Source of the DNA: Cyanobacteria bacterium P01_D01_bin.156
GTDB taxonomy: Bacteria; Cyanobacteriota; Cyanobacteriia; Phormidesmidales; Phormidesmidaceae
Direction of reading: 5' to 3'
Assembly (NCBI GenBank): GCA_039024555.1
Contig: JBCCQQ010000014.1
Coordinates: forward strand, 32,001-96,000
Length of the DNA: 64,000 nt
A model generated the notes under the pieces. The model searched no databases, was not told the DNA's origin, and saw nothing but the letters and a program-made list of their open reading frames with translations. This document shows, in pieces, positions 1 through 9,738 of the stretch. Each line of letters opens with the position of its first letter. The stretch's first letter is position 1. The translations under genes were made by a program, and so were the position numbers.

Positions 1-987
1 TCGCATCCAGCCTGCAGTGCCGCTGGCAAACATGTGGTGGACCCAGACAATGCCGCTGAGGCCGGTAATCACTAACGAAGAGATGGCTACTACCTTGTAG
101 CCAAACAGGGGTTTGCGAGCATAGACCGGAAAAACCTCTGAAAAGATACCAAAAATCGGCAGGATAATCACATACACCGCCGGGTGGGAGTAGAACCAGA
201 AGAAGTGCTGATACAGCACCGGATCGCCACCTCGGCTGGGTTCAAAAAAGCCGGTCCCCACGGTGAGATCTAACAACAGCATTACCGCACCAGCCGTCAG
301 GGCTGGCAACCCAAATAGCTGAATAATCTGGGCGGAAAGCACGGTCCAACAAAAGGCCGGCATCTTAAACCAGCCCATGCCGGGAGCCCGCATTCTAAAA
401 ATGGTGGTAACAATGTTAACCGCCCCCATAATGGAAGAGATACCCGAGAGCGCCACGGCCAAAATCCACAGGGACTGCCCGTTGATCAAGTTGCCAGTGG
501 GATTTTGCAAACTTACCGGCGGATAGGCCCACCAGCCGGACTGGGAGGGGCCTCCGGGGACAAAAAAGCTAACAATTAGAATCACCCCAAACACAGGCAC
601 CATCCAAAAAGCGACGGCATTGAGCCGGGGAAAAGCCATGTCCCTCGCCCCAATCATCAAAGGCACCAGATAGTTGGCCAATCCGTTGAGCATGGGAAAG
701 GTCCACAAAAACAGCATGATGGTGCCATGCATGGTGAATAGACCGTTATAAACGGTGCGATCCACTAGGTCCGAGTCGGGGGTGATCAGCTCGCCGCGCA
801 TAATCATCGCCAACAAACCACCCACTAAAAAGAAGAAAAAGGCCGTGACAATGTATTGAATGCCGATCACTTTATGGTCGGTACTGAAGCCAAAAAATCT
901 GCGCCAGTCTTCTGGCTCACCTGGCTGGTGAGGGGCTATATCGGTGGCAGAACTGGGAGGGCGTACCTCCAGAGATGGATTTGTCAT
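1..987 (-). CDS. ctaD: Heme-copper oxidase subunit I (ARTO type), 5' part; runs off the window edge
   Basis: Not in the ORF track; manual translation from ATG 987: MTNPSLEV...FSTDHKVIGIQY...TMHGTIMLF...DMAFPRLNA...GWWAYPP...GGDPVLYQHFFWFYSHPAVY...VWVHHMF, classic COX1 motifs. Confidence 0.95.
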   Translation of the reverse strand, partial: MTNPSLEVRPPSSATDIAPHQPGEPEDWRRFFGFSTDHKVIGIQYIVTAFFFFLVGGLLAMIMRGELITPDSDLVDRTVYNGLFTMHGTIMLFLWTFPMLNGLANYLVPLMIGARDMAFPRLNAVAFWMVPVFGVILIVSFFVPGGPSQSGWWAYPPVSLQNPTGNLINGQSLWILAVALSGISSIMGAVNIVTTIFRMRAPGMGWFKMPAFCWTVLSAQIIQLFGLPALTAGAVMLLLDLTVGTGFFEPSRGGDPVLYQHFFWFYSHPAVYVIILPIFGIFSEVFPVYARKPLFGYKVVAISSLVITGLSGIVWVHHMFASGTAGWMR

Positions 988-992
988 GGTTA

Positions 993-1907
993 CTAGCGAT
1001 CGCGAATGGAGTAGTTAACAATAGGTGCGGGCGCAGGTTGAATCGTCTTATAGCGAAATCCGGGACGGCGTGAAACTTTTTGATACTCGTCGTAGGCTGC
1101 GTTGGCAGCCGATGCAGGGGCACGCTCAGCAGCAGCGGCCAACCACTGTTGATACTCATCTGCTGATTCCACAACAACATTGGTTTGGTTGGCGGCAAAG
1201 TAGGTGCCGCTGTACTCTGAATCTCTAACCCGATAGCGCCCCAATCGAATGGGGGTAAATGAGAAGTCAATCTCCTTACCGGGGACAACGTCTTGTTTCA
1301 CCCGAAAAGCGGGGACAAAAAAGCCATGGAGCACATCTTCAGAAGTGAGCTTAAAGTGCGATCGCTGATTAATGGGCAGGTGTAGCTCAGTGCTACTAAT
1401 GCCAGCATCGGGATAATAAAATTCCCAGGACCACTGTTTTGCATGTACTTCGATGGGCTGCATTCCAGCTGTTACGGCGGTAGACACACCTTCATTGGTA
1501 ATCGCCCCGAGAATACCCATACCCCGATAGGTTTGATAGCTTGCGGTGGCAATCCAGATCACCAACAAAATTGGAATTGCGGTCCAAATCACCTCTAGCT
1601 TAATGTTGCCTTCAATCGGCGGACCATCGCTGGCATCGTATTTAGCCGCTCGCTGAAAGATGACCGAATACAACAGAGTGCCAGTCACTCCAACAAAAAT
1701 AAAGCTGCCAATGGCCGTCATTAAACTAAACAGACGATCCACAAGTACTGCCTCTGCCGATGCCTGGGGAGGCATCCATTGATAGGCTTGTTGCCCCATC
1801 CAAAGGCTAAATAAGAAGTTTGCGATCGCGAGCCCAACCAGCCACAGTATCTGCTGACGGTTCAGTATGGCACCTAAGGATCTGGGTTCAGTATTGTCAG
1901 TAGTCAC
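993..1907 (-). CDS. ctaC: Heme-copper oxidase subunit II lacking CuA cysteines (ARTO-type CtaC)
   Basis: EVIWTAIP, QWSWEFYY and DVLHGFFVP motifs; CuA CxExCGxxHxxM replaced by DSEYSGTYFAAN; 5 nt from the ctaD start. Confidence 0.92.
   Translation of the reverse strand: MTTDNTEPRSLGAILNRQQILWLVGLAIANFLFSLWMGQQAYQWMPPQASAEAVLVDRLFSLMTAIGSFIFVGVTGTLLYSVIFQRAAKYDASDGPPIEGNIKLEVIWTAIPILLVIWIATASYQTYRGMGILGAITNEGVSTAVTAGMQPIEVHAKQWSWEFYYPDAGISSTELHLPINQRSHFKLTSEDVLHGFFVPAFRVKQDVVPGKEIDFSFTPIRLGRYRVRDSEYSGTYFAANQTNVVVESADEYQQWLAAAAERAPASAANAAYDEYQKVSRRPGFRYKTIQPAPAPIVNYSIRDR
996..1003. repeat. HIP1 octamer GCGATCGC (representative copy; many across the window)
   Basis: Copies at 996, 1822 and many more, mostly within CDSs; cyanobacterial hallmark. 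Confidence 0.9.
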
Positions 1908-2022
1908 GGTGTCGCGTTAGGGTACAGGGTCTAAATCAGAATGCGGTGCCGCAGCCTCGGTTTTCTAGAGTTGTTGGGGAAGCACCATACTCAAAACAAC
2001 AGTGGTAAACCTTCAGGCGCTC

Positions 2023-2688
2023 CTACTCTATTAGAAGTGCTGCAGTGGATGGCTTGGGAGACGATGCCGATAGCCGATCGGAGACCTGCTCTAGGTTCAG
2101 ACCATCGTTTACGAGTCGATCTGCGGTCACATGCACTCCAAAGTCAGCCCCTAGGTGAGCTCCCAAGGTGCCGTGGGCAAACATCAGCACAAAGATAAAG
2201 AGTCCTGAAAATAGATAGTTCCAGGCAACCTGCTGCCCTCGGTCTTCCCGCCATAGGTAACGCTGTAGAGCACGCCAAATGGTCATACCTACAATCAGAC
2301 CTAACAAAACAACCCCCCCCACGCCGTGCCAAACCATTGTGTCGCGGGCACTTAATCCCCAGGGACTGATCATGTCTTGGGGAGGGGCGGCCAACAATAT
2401 TTCATAAAAGCCTGCTGCCACCGTAAAAAAGGTAATAACAGCCGCCGCGACCATGTTAAACCAGCCGACATCGTATAGACCGGCCCGGTTAACGGGAATG
2501 GCTAAAAACTTGAATAGGGGTTTTTCCAGGACATAGAATGTGGCAACAACATCGAATGCGATCGCAACAATAAACAATCCTAGAGTCAGATGTACCAGAT
2601 TAGGATGAATCGGCAAGCTGTAGGGTAGTCCATTTATCCCTGCCGCCAAAAGTGGATGGTGGCCAGCGGCGATATCACACAGCAACAT
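2023..2688 (-). CDS. DUF2231-type membrane protein
   Basis: LPIHPNLVHLTLGLF motif and 4 TM helices; start overlaps the upstream paralog's stop. Confidence 0.8.
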   Translation of the reverse strand: MLLCDIAAGHHPLLAAGINGLPYSLPIHPNLVHLTLGLFIVAIAFDVVATFYVLEKPLFKFLAIPVNRAGLYDVGWFNMVAAAVITFFTVAAGFYEILLAAPPQDMISPWGLSARDTMVWHGVGGVVLLGLIVGMTIWRALQRYLWREDRGQQVAWNYLFSGLFIFVLMFAHGTLGAHLGADFGVHVTADRLVNDGLNLEQVSDRLSASSPKPSTAALLIE

Positions 2689-3191
2689 TACGGCAACAAC
2701 CCTCCTCGTGTAGCCTCTACCACAGCCTCAGTGTGCAAACCATAGATCCAAACCAATTTATCTCCAAGATAGGTTTGGAAAATAACAATGAATGCCAGCA
2801 CTGCATTCATCCCCAAATACAGCGTGGGCAGTTGCGCAGTTCCCTGCAGACGTAAAATATATCGCCAGCCCGTGATCACAGCCAATACCCCAGACAGGGA
2901 CCAGCCGATCAGAGTATGCAGGTTCAAATCAGCTACGGCTGAAGCATAGGGCTTAGCCAGCCCCGCCTCCAGTTGGCCAAAAATGATGGCGATAAAAATA
3001 GAAACTGTGGCAAAAACCATATTCCACCATCCCACCTCCTGTAGGCGGGCATTTTTAGTGAAATAGGCAATGCCATCACACACAACAGCAAACAACACCA
3101 TCGCAATAACAAAATGCACCACAATGGGATGAATGGTATCGGGATAGGGCAAATTATGGCTGTTTAGTGGAGGCAATAAATTCTCAAACAT
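2688..3191 (-). CDS. DUF2231-type membrane protein
   Basis: LPYPDTIHPIVVHFVIA motif and 4 TM helices; first gene of the oxidase operon. Confidence 0.8.
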   Translation of the reverse strand: MFENLLPPLNSHNLPYPDTIHPIVVHFVIAMVLFAVVCDGIAYFTKNARLQEVGWWNMVFATVSIFIAIIFGQLEAGLAKPYASAVADLNLHTLIGWSLSGVLAVITGWRYILRLQGTAQLPTLYLGMNAVLAFIVIFQTYLGDKLVWIYGLHTEAVVEATRGGLLP

Positions 3192-3423
3192 ACCTCTCTC
3201 CAGAAGACAAAAGATAAGTAAAAACTTTTCTTACAATCCCTAGTTATCTGCCGTATTACTAACTAGTCAAAGCAAGACAGATACTCAAGACCAATTAATA
3301 TCTACTACCTTTGAATGCTAACGTCTTAAAGAGATTATTGCCCTTTCAATCAAACCTTATCTTTAGATTTGTAATGTTGTTTTAGACAATTCATAAGAAT
3401 AAAATAGCCGCCATAGAGAAAGC

Positions 3424-4839
3424 TCAATTCAGATTAGATTTAAGAATATGTTGTGTGTTGAGCTGTAAACCAAGAGCGCCAGGTCCCAACCGTAAAATAT
3501 CCTCATACTGTTCAATAGAGGCTGGATAAGCCCGTTGTCGGCAGGTTTGCCAATGCTCATTAGCATCAGTAGATCGTCCCTGTCGCTCATGTAAAGCCGC
3601 CAGATAGCAATAGGCTACTCCCCGGCCTGGGTAGGTTTTTTGATGGATATTTCTATGGTCAACGGTATCCTCAATAACAACAGATTTTTGAAAATGCTGA
3701 GTGGCTTCTTGAAGCAGTACTTGTTGGCCCGCTTCACCTCCCTCATTAGCCTCGCTACGTTTTAGTAGGGTAATGCCCAAATTTCTGTGGAACGATGCTT
3801 TTAAGACCTGCCTTTCTAAATCTAGAGGCTCCAGATGATCTAACTGGTTTAAACCGATACGAAATAGAACCTCTGCATCCAATAAGCCGCTCAGTTCACC
3901 AAACTCACCTGAATGCTCATTGTCAGCTGCCGCTAAACTCAGGGTACCCATGCCATTCAGGGCAACTAAGTCTCCCTTGAGCAGGCCATCTTGGTACTCT
4001 GCCTGAGCTTCCTGAAAGTTTTCCAAATTTTGGTAAACTTCGGCCAAATGATTGTGGGGAGCAGTTTCTTCTGGATTAAAGGCAATCGCTTCTTTGTAAT
4101 ATTCAATAGCTCCGTAGAGATTACCAGCCTGTTGGGCCTTTAGCCCCTGGTGGTAGTAGTAAGCAGAAAATTGAGGTAGGGAGTTATATATGCCATAGGA
4201 GGCCAACAACAATAAAAGAGAGGCCACCAACGTCACCTCTGCATGCAAATACGCTGGAAGGTTAAACCGCCTGAGGGTGCGTTTTATCAATTTTCGCCCA
4301 CGCTGAGTCAGAGACCCGCCTGCAATCACCACTAATCCCGTAGCTTGAGATAATGTGCTAAAGGTTTGTAATAAATCAAACCCACCAACGACAGAGAACG
4401 CCTGGGCCGTAATGGTGACCAAGGAAGCCGATAGCATCAAGCTAGCAGCGCTCAAAAGGTTCCACAGCCAGTCAAATCGATCTAATCGATGCCGCGCGGG
4501 TTCTGGAATATACGCCTCCAACCACCACCACCAGGCAGTTTCATCAGGCTGGCGGCTTCTGCGACAGTCTGCTAACCGACCCTCCTTAACCAGGTGAGGG
4601 GCTAACCGTTGCAGCCGGTCATCCAAGTCACTGAGGCGTGCTAGCACCTTCGCCTGCTGGATAATCGATTTCTGGCTTTTCAGTTTGCTATCAACGGCAT
4701 CTCTAACCAATAACAGCCGAAGAATTTGTTGCTTGGTGATGGCGTCTGTTTTATCCAAACGCGCTAATTCTTGGCCATAGGCTTGCAATGCTAGTTGCAT
4801 ATCTTGACCTGGCCGTTGGGGAGGGGCTGTCTGTACCAT
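3424..4839 (-). CDS. Membrane-anchored tetratricopeptide repeat protein
   Basis: Helical N-terminal domain with WWWWL, TM segments, then TPRs (AIEYYKEAIAFNPEETAPHNHLAEVY). Confidence 0.8.
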   Translation of the reverse strand: MVQTAPPQRPGQDMQLALQAYGQELARLDKTDAITKQQILRLLLVRDAVDSKLKSQKSIIQQAKVLARLSDLDDRLQRLAPHLVKEGRLADCRRSRQPDETAWWWWLEAYIPEPARHRLDRFDWLWNLLSAASLMLSASLVTITAQAFSVVGGFDLLQTFSTLSQATGLVVIAGGSLTQRGRKLIKRTLRRFNLPAYLHAEVTLVASLLLLLASYGIYNSLPQFSAYYYHQGLKAQQAGNLYGAIEYYKEAIAFNPEETAPHNHLAEVYQNLENFQEAQAEYQDGLLKGDLVALNGMGTLSLAAADNEHSGEFGELSGLLDAEVLFRIGLNQLDHLEPLDLERQVLKASFHRNLGITLLKRSEANEGGEAGQQVLLQEATQHFQKSVVIEDTVDHRNIHQKTYPGRGVAYCYLAALHERQGRSTDANEHWQTCRQRAYPASIEQYEDILRLGPGALGLQLNTQHILKSNLN

Positions 4840-4888
4840 TCCGTTTACACTGCCGGAAGACTAAGGTTCCTACAGATATACTGTTCCC

Positions 4889-6292
4889 CTAAACCGGGAG
4901 CAGCACAATAAAACAGGTGCGTCCTGGCACCGACTCCAGCATCAGGCTACCGCCATGGCGGTTTTCAACAATCCGCCGCACCACGTCCAGACCTAAACCA
5001 GAGCCTTTGCCCATGGGCTTGGTCGTAAAGAAAGGTTCTGTTAAACGGTTGTGCAGCTCCTCTGGAATTCCTGGCCCGTTATCTTCCACCTCTACCCGTA
5101 AACAGTCATTTTTTTGACAGGTACGAATGGTAATTTTAGGCACATCCCCGGTAAATCCTTCATTTAAGGCATCAATGGCATTGTCAATCAGATTGGTCCA
5201 TACCTGGTTGAGCTCGCTGCCAAAGGCCATAATTTCGGGCAGGTCTTGGTCATAGCGACGCGCTACGGTGATGCCGTGTTTTAGCTTAAAGGAAAAGAGT
5301 CGCAGGGTATCTTCAATACCATTGTGAATGTTGATCTGTTGTTGGGCAGCGCGGTCCATGTAGGAGTAGGACTTCATCGACTGCACTAGGGTAGAAATGC
5401 GTTCGGCTCCATCCAAACCGTTGTGGATCATGCCCATTACTTCAAACGATAGGGCCAACCAACGCAGCCCCATATCTCTGAGTTCGGTGGGATCATCCCG
5501 CCAGCGTTCCATAATGCTGTCCAACCTAGCAGGGTCTACGTGGCCAGCAGCTAGCGGTTCTGCCAACTTCCATGCTTCTTCAATGCCGTAGTCTTCTAGC
5601 CAGTCTGTCAGCATATCCTCACGATCGCCTTGGGCTAGGGGGTCATTATCTGGTTTTGCAATGGCCTGAAAACCGCGATCGCGAATATCTTCCCACTCAT
5701 CCGTATGCTCATCTTCCACCTGCTGCTGACCGTAGACCAAGTTCATCCGCTGCAGCTCTAACATGGCCGGTTGCAAGTCCTTGAGGGCACGGACTAGGGC
5801 GGCGGCGGGATTATTAAGTTCGTGGGCTAAGCCAGCCGATAACGTGCCCAGGGCCGCCATTTTTTCACGGCTCTGAATAAACGACTCTAACCCCCGCAAC
5901 CGTTTACTGACGGTACGAAAAATATCTCGCTCGAACTCTCGACAGCTGTGGAGAACGTCTAAAAAGTCTAGACATTGGAGACGGTATAGATCGACATCTG
6001 TATCAGCAGTTACCGTCACCGGCACTCGGTCTTCTGTAAGTACCTGAATTTCACCAAAAAAGGATGGGCTCTGGTGACGGCCAACGGGCATATCCACACC
6101 ATTACTTTGGCGGGTAATGGTAATCTGACCACTCAGCTGGATAAAGAAGCCCAGAGGACGGCCGCCTTCCCTAACCAGCACGTCGCCTGGTGCCAGTTGA
6201 ATATGTTCGGCGCGATCGCAAATCCAATCTAACCGTTGTCGAGGCAGTGATTGAAATTCAACCATCTGCAACAGAGACTCTGCACACAACAT
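4889..6292 (-). CDS. Soluble cNMP-binding-domain histidine kinase
   Basis: N-terminal cNMP fold (FFGEI); H-box LAHELNNP; NLIDNAIDA, DNGPGIP, PFFTTK, GSGLGL. Confidence 0.92.
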   Translation of the reverse strand: MLCAESLLQMVEFQSLPRQRLDWICDRAEHIQLAPGDVLVREGGRPLGFFIQLSGQITITRQSNGVDMPVGRHQSPSFFGEIQVLTEDRVPVTVTADTDVDLYRLQCLDFLDVLHSCREFERDIFRTVSKRLRGLESFIQSREKMAALGTLSAGLAHELNNPAAALVRALKDLQPAMLELQRMNLVYGQQQVEDEHTDEWEDIRDRGFQAIAKPDNDPLAQGDREDMLTDWLEDYGIEEAWKLAEPLAAGHVDPARLDSIMERWRDDPTELRDMGLRWLALSFEVMGMIHNGLDGAERISTLVQSMKSYSYMDRAAQQQINIHNGIEDTLRLFSFKLKHGITVARRYDQDLPEIMAFGSELNQVWTNLIDNAIDALNEGFTGDVPKITIRTCQKNDCLRVEVEDNGPGIPEELHNRLTEPFFTTKPMGKGSGLGLDVVRRIVENRHGGSLMLESVPGRTCFIVLLPV

Positions 6293-6298
6293 TATTTG

Positions 6299-6931
6299 TT
6301 ATTCTCCTTCACCCGTTAGGGCCACATAGCCACCTAAAGCAATTAATCCTGTTCCTGTTATATGGCGCTGTCTAGCCCTTAGCTTTGAGCTAGATTTTAG
6401 CCATTGCCCAATGGGGCCTGCCAAGCTAATGACGACCAAGTCCACACTAGTGTTTAGTACAACAGAAATCGTACCCAGTAATAGAAACTGGGCAAAAATA
6501 ACTCCGTCTGGATTTATAAACTGAGGAATAAACGCCAAAAAGAATAGGGCTGTTTTAGGATTTAAAGCCTCCACCGTCACACCCTGAAAAAAGGCTCGCT
6601 GATATCCAGAACGAGGCATAGTCGCTGTAGAAATAGAGTTCTCATCCCGGCCCAAAATTGTCTTAACGCCCAGATACATTAAATACGCCGCCCCAAAATA
6701 TTTCACCAAATTAAACGCTAAGGCGGATGCCGCCAGCACCAGCGAAATCCCTAAAGCCGCTGCAACAACATGGAACATGCCTCCAACAGAGGTGCCTAGG
6801 GCTGAAGCCAAGCCTTCCATCCGACCGCCTCTAATACTGCGGGTCATCACGTAAAAAATGCCGGGGCCAGGGGTGATGGCCAATACAATGGCCGCACTCA
6901 AAAACAGTGAAAAGGTCGAAAAATCAGGCAT
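6299..6931 (-). CDS. LysE/RhtB family translocator
   Basis: ITPGPG, GAAYLMYLG and LNPKTALFF motifs. Confidence 0.92.
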   Translation of the reverse strand: MPDFSTFSLFLSAAIVLAITPGPGIFYVMTRSIRGGRMEGLASALGTSVGGMFHVVAAALGISLVLAASALAFNLVKYFGAAYLMYLGVKTILGRDENSISTATMPRSGYQRAFFQGVTVEALNPKTALFFLAFIPQFINPDGVIFAQFLLLGTISVVLNTSVDLVVISLAGPIGQWLKSSSKLRARQRHITGTGLIALGGYVALTGEGE

Positions 6932-7207
6932 AGGACAATACCTAGCAGGGTTAGGGTACTAGTGAGCCCTGAAATACTAGCTCAAGTCAGAACTAAAGAG
7001 GGGTTCATTAGTCGATGTAAGGTGTGGAACTGCTAAAGAAGCGTAGCAATTGAATCAAAAGCTTGCAAAGTCGAGTGAATTCCACTTCCTTGATTCCCAT
7101 CGCTGAAATACTACGCTGTAAAATATATTATCTTGAGGTATGGACGACATTTACATCGGAATAACCCGATAGTCTAAATTAAGCTCGAATTATTCGGTGA
7201 AAGTTGT

Positions 7208-9406
7208 ATGACAGGTTCAGAAGCTTTATTTTTAGCTGCATTATCTGGATTGACTAGCATCATAACAGACGTCATCAAGGACACAGGGACTGGAATTGTC
7301 AAAAAAATAGATATCAGTCTAAATGTCTCAAGAAAGCGAATAATCGAGAGATATGTAAGGCATTACTTGCAATATTATGGTGGACTAAAAGTATCTTGTC
7401 TGGGGATAAATGAGCCTATTGACCTTGAGAAGGTTTATGTTAGTCCAAAGGTTTTTGGTCGTTCTATAAAAGATTATCAGTCTAGAGAAGATGTAGAAAA
7501 TGATTTTTTGGCTACTTTGAATTATGGTTCTGGCAAATCATCGGTAGCTACAAGCAATGCAATTGATGTAGCTAATGAGAATCAGTTTTTAATGATTTTG
7601 GGAGGCCCAGGAAGTGGAAAATCAGTCTTTTTGAGAAAACTTGGACTGGAAGCTCTTAAGGGAGGGAAAGGGCCTTATAAGCAGAAGTGTTGGCCAGTTT
7701 TAATTGAACTTAGGTCTTTTGACGGAGAGTCAGGTTCTCTTGAGAAGATGATAGCCAAGGAATTTGTCGGTCACCTTGAGTTGGATGATGCTTATAATCT
7801 GGTGCGAGGGCTATTAGAAAAGGGCAAGTTGTTGATCTTACTGGATGGTATAGATGAGATACCTCTTAATGGGAAAAGGTTTGTTCTTAGTGAGATAGAG
7901 AGGTTTATTAAGGATTATGGCAATAATCGTTTTGTAGCTTCTTGTAGAGAGGCTGCATACACCTTTAGGACAGAGTTTAGGTTGTTCAAGGATGTTGTCA
8001 TGGCGTCATTTGAGGATGATCAAATTCGGGATTATATCAACCGTTGGTTTGAGTATTCAAAGTCTGGCCATACAGAAGAAGAACGTGCAGAGATGGCTCG
8101 GGAATGCCGGAGATTAATAGGAGTAAGAGGACAAGAGCATGTTCAGCAGTTAGCCAGAACACCTTTACTTTTGACTTTGCTCTGCTCAGTTTATGAGAAA
8201 AATCTTAATTTCCCAAAAAATAAATCGCTTCTGATTTCCCGTGCACTGTCTGTGGTTATGCAGGATTGGGTGAAGGGCAGATCTGTTGAGTATTCTCAGG
8301 AGCATAAGTTTTTAGATCCAGACCTTCAGGAGGATTTGCTGTCGGATATCGCTTATTCCCAATTTGAAGAAGGCAATATTGTTTTTTATCGAAACAACAT
8401 ACTGGAAGTCTTTTTGGAAGGTATTGAAGGTAATCGAAATGCTTCAAAGTCTCTAAATGGGGAATCGGTTTTACAGATTACAGAGGTCCAGCAAGGCATT
8501 CTTGTTAAGCTATATCCAAAGATTTATTCCTTTTCTCATTTTACATTACAAGAGTATTTTGTTGCGCGGTACATCGTTGACAATGAAGAGTTGAATGAAC
8601 TTATCTCATCGTATCTTTTTGTGGAGAGATGGAGGGAGGTTTTTGTCTTGGCCTCAGGATTAATAAGAGGGAGGAAAAATCCTGAGTTTTTTTTGTTTTC
8701 TATAAAAGATGAATTGAATAAATACTACGAACAGCATGAGTTAGAGGGCGTAGTTCATTTCTCTAATTCACTTGTTTCTTCCGATCATTCAGATTATCTC
8801 TATGCAGGTAAGTTAGCTGCATTCGTATATATCATAAGAACGTTTCTGGCCTTGGCTCGTTTTGAAATTGAATTTGATGCGCTTAAGGATCCCTTGTGTT
8901 TAAGAGCTTTACATTTAAGCTCTTCTCTCGGGCTTTTCCCAAATCCTGATGATTTTGTTGCTTTTGGGTTTATATTAGATGCCTTGTTTCATTTTGCCAT
9001 TCTTAAGAGCGATTTACCTTCCATGAAGGGAGTAAGACTCCGTGGTACTTCTTATAGGGTTAATGCTACATGTGAAAATGCATTTAAGAGGATGGAGTAT
9101 TTGGAAGAGATAGGAATTTTTAATCCGCGGAGCATCTTGAATATAAAAAAAATAATGCAGCATTATGGAGATGAAAACTTTCCTGTACCTCCAGACGAGA
9201 ATAGCAAAAAGAAGCTTATTTATGAAATCTTAAGTTTATATCTCAAGGCTTTAGGCATAAATAAATCGGTGTTAAAGATAGTGGCTATAAAGAATGACTC
9301 TTTAGGTGCCTTCTTCTATGGAACAGACTTGCTTGTATGTTGTATGAAAGCATCTGCACGCATTTCTCCTGATGTATGGGATGAGCTTAGTACTCAGCTC
9401 ATTTAA
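7208..9406 (+). CDS. NACHT NTPase domain protein (NLR-like)
   Basis: Walker A GGPGSGKS, Walker B LLILLDGIDE, SCR, TPLLL, FSHFTLQEYFVA, WREV; AT-rich. Confidence 0.9.
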   Translation: MTGSEALFLAALSGLTSIITDVIKDTGTGIVKKIDISLNVSRKRIIERYVRHYLQYYGGLKVSCLGINEPIDLEKVYVSPKVFGRSIKDYQSREDVENDFLATLNYGSGKSSVATSNAIDVANENQFLMILGGPGSGKSVFLRKLGLEALKGGKGPYKQKCWPVLIELRSFDGESGSLEKMIAKEFVGHLELDDAYNLVRGLLEKGKLLILLDGIDEIPLNGKRFVLSEIERFIKDYGNNRFVASCREAAYTFRTEFRLFKDVVMASFEDDQIRDYINRWFEYSKSGHTEEERAEMARECRRLIGVRGQEHVQQLARTPLLLTLLCSVYEKNLNFPKNKSLLISRALSVVMQDWVKGRSVEYSQEHKFLDPDLQEDLLSDIAYSQFEEGNIVFYRNNILEVFLEGIEGNRNASKSLNGESVLQITEVQQGILVKLYPKIYSFSHFTLQEYFVARYIVDNEELNELISSYLFVERWREVFVLASGLIRGRKNPEFFLFSIKDELNKYYEQHELEGVVHFSNSLVSSDHSDYLYAGKLAAFVYIIRTFLALARFEIEFDALKDPLCLRALHLSSSLGLFPNPDDFVAFGFILDALFHFAILKSDLPSMKGVRLRGTSYRVNATCENAFKRMEYLEEIGIFNPRSILNIKKIMQHYGDENFPVPPDENSKKKLIYEILSLYLKALGINKSVLKIVAIKNDSLGAFFYGTDLLVCCMKASARISPDVWDELSTQLI

Positions 9407-9738
9407 ACTGATAGTATTTAGCCTGTCTCTGTCGAATACTTTTTAAGATTACTAATAGTATGGGCTTTTTGCTTCTTAGTGGGCTTTCCCAAGCTTAATG
9501 CAACTAAGGCAATCCGTCTGCAACAGTTTTTTATCTGCCATCATAGGGGAATGGTTTCAACTCTCTATGTGCCATCCCCATTAATACATTAGTATTTTCG
9601 CATTAATACGCACATGAGCTAATCATGTCGCTACTGAACTTTTAACTCATGTTTTGTGAGCTTAGAGTAAACAGAATGCTGTATTGATGAAGTTCAGTTT
9701 CCATGGTCTCCGCATTTACCGCGATCTTCAAGCAGCAT

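Noticed and set aside
917..1288. 123-aa ORF and the many other short ORFs overlapping long genes
   Set aside because: Alternative-frame or antisense shadows of well-supported CDSs, with no recognisable motifs
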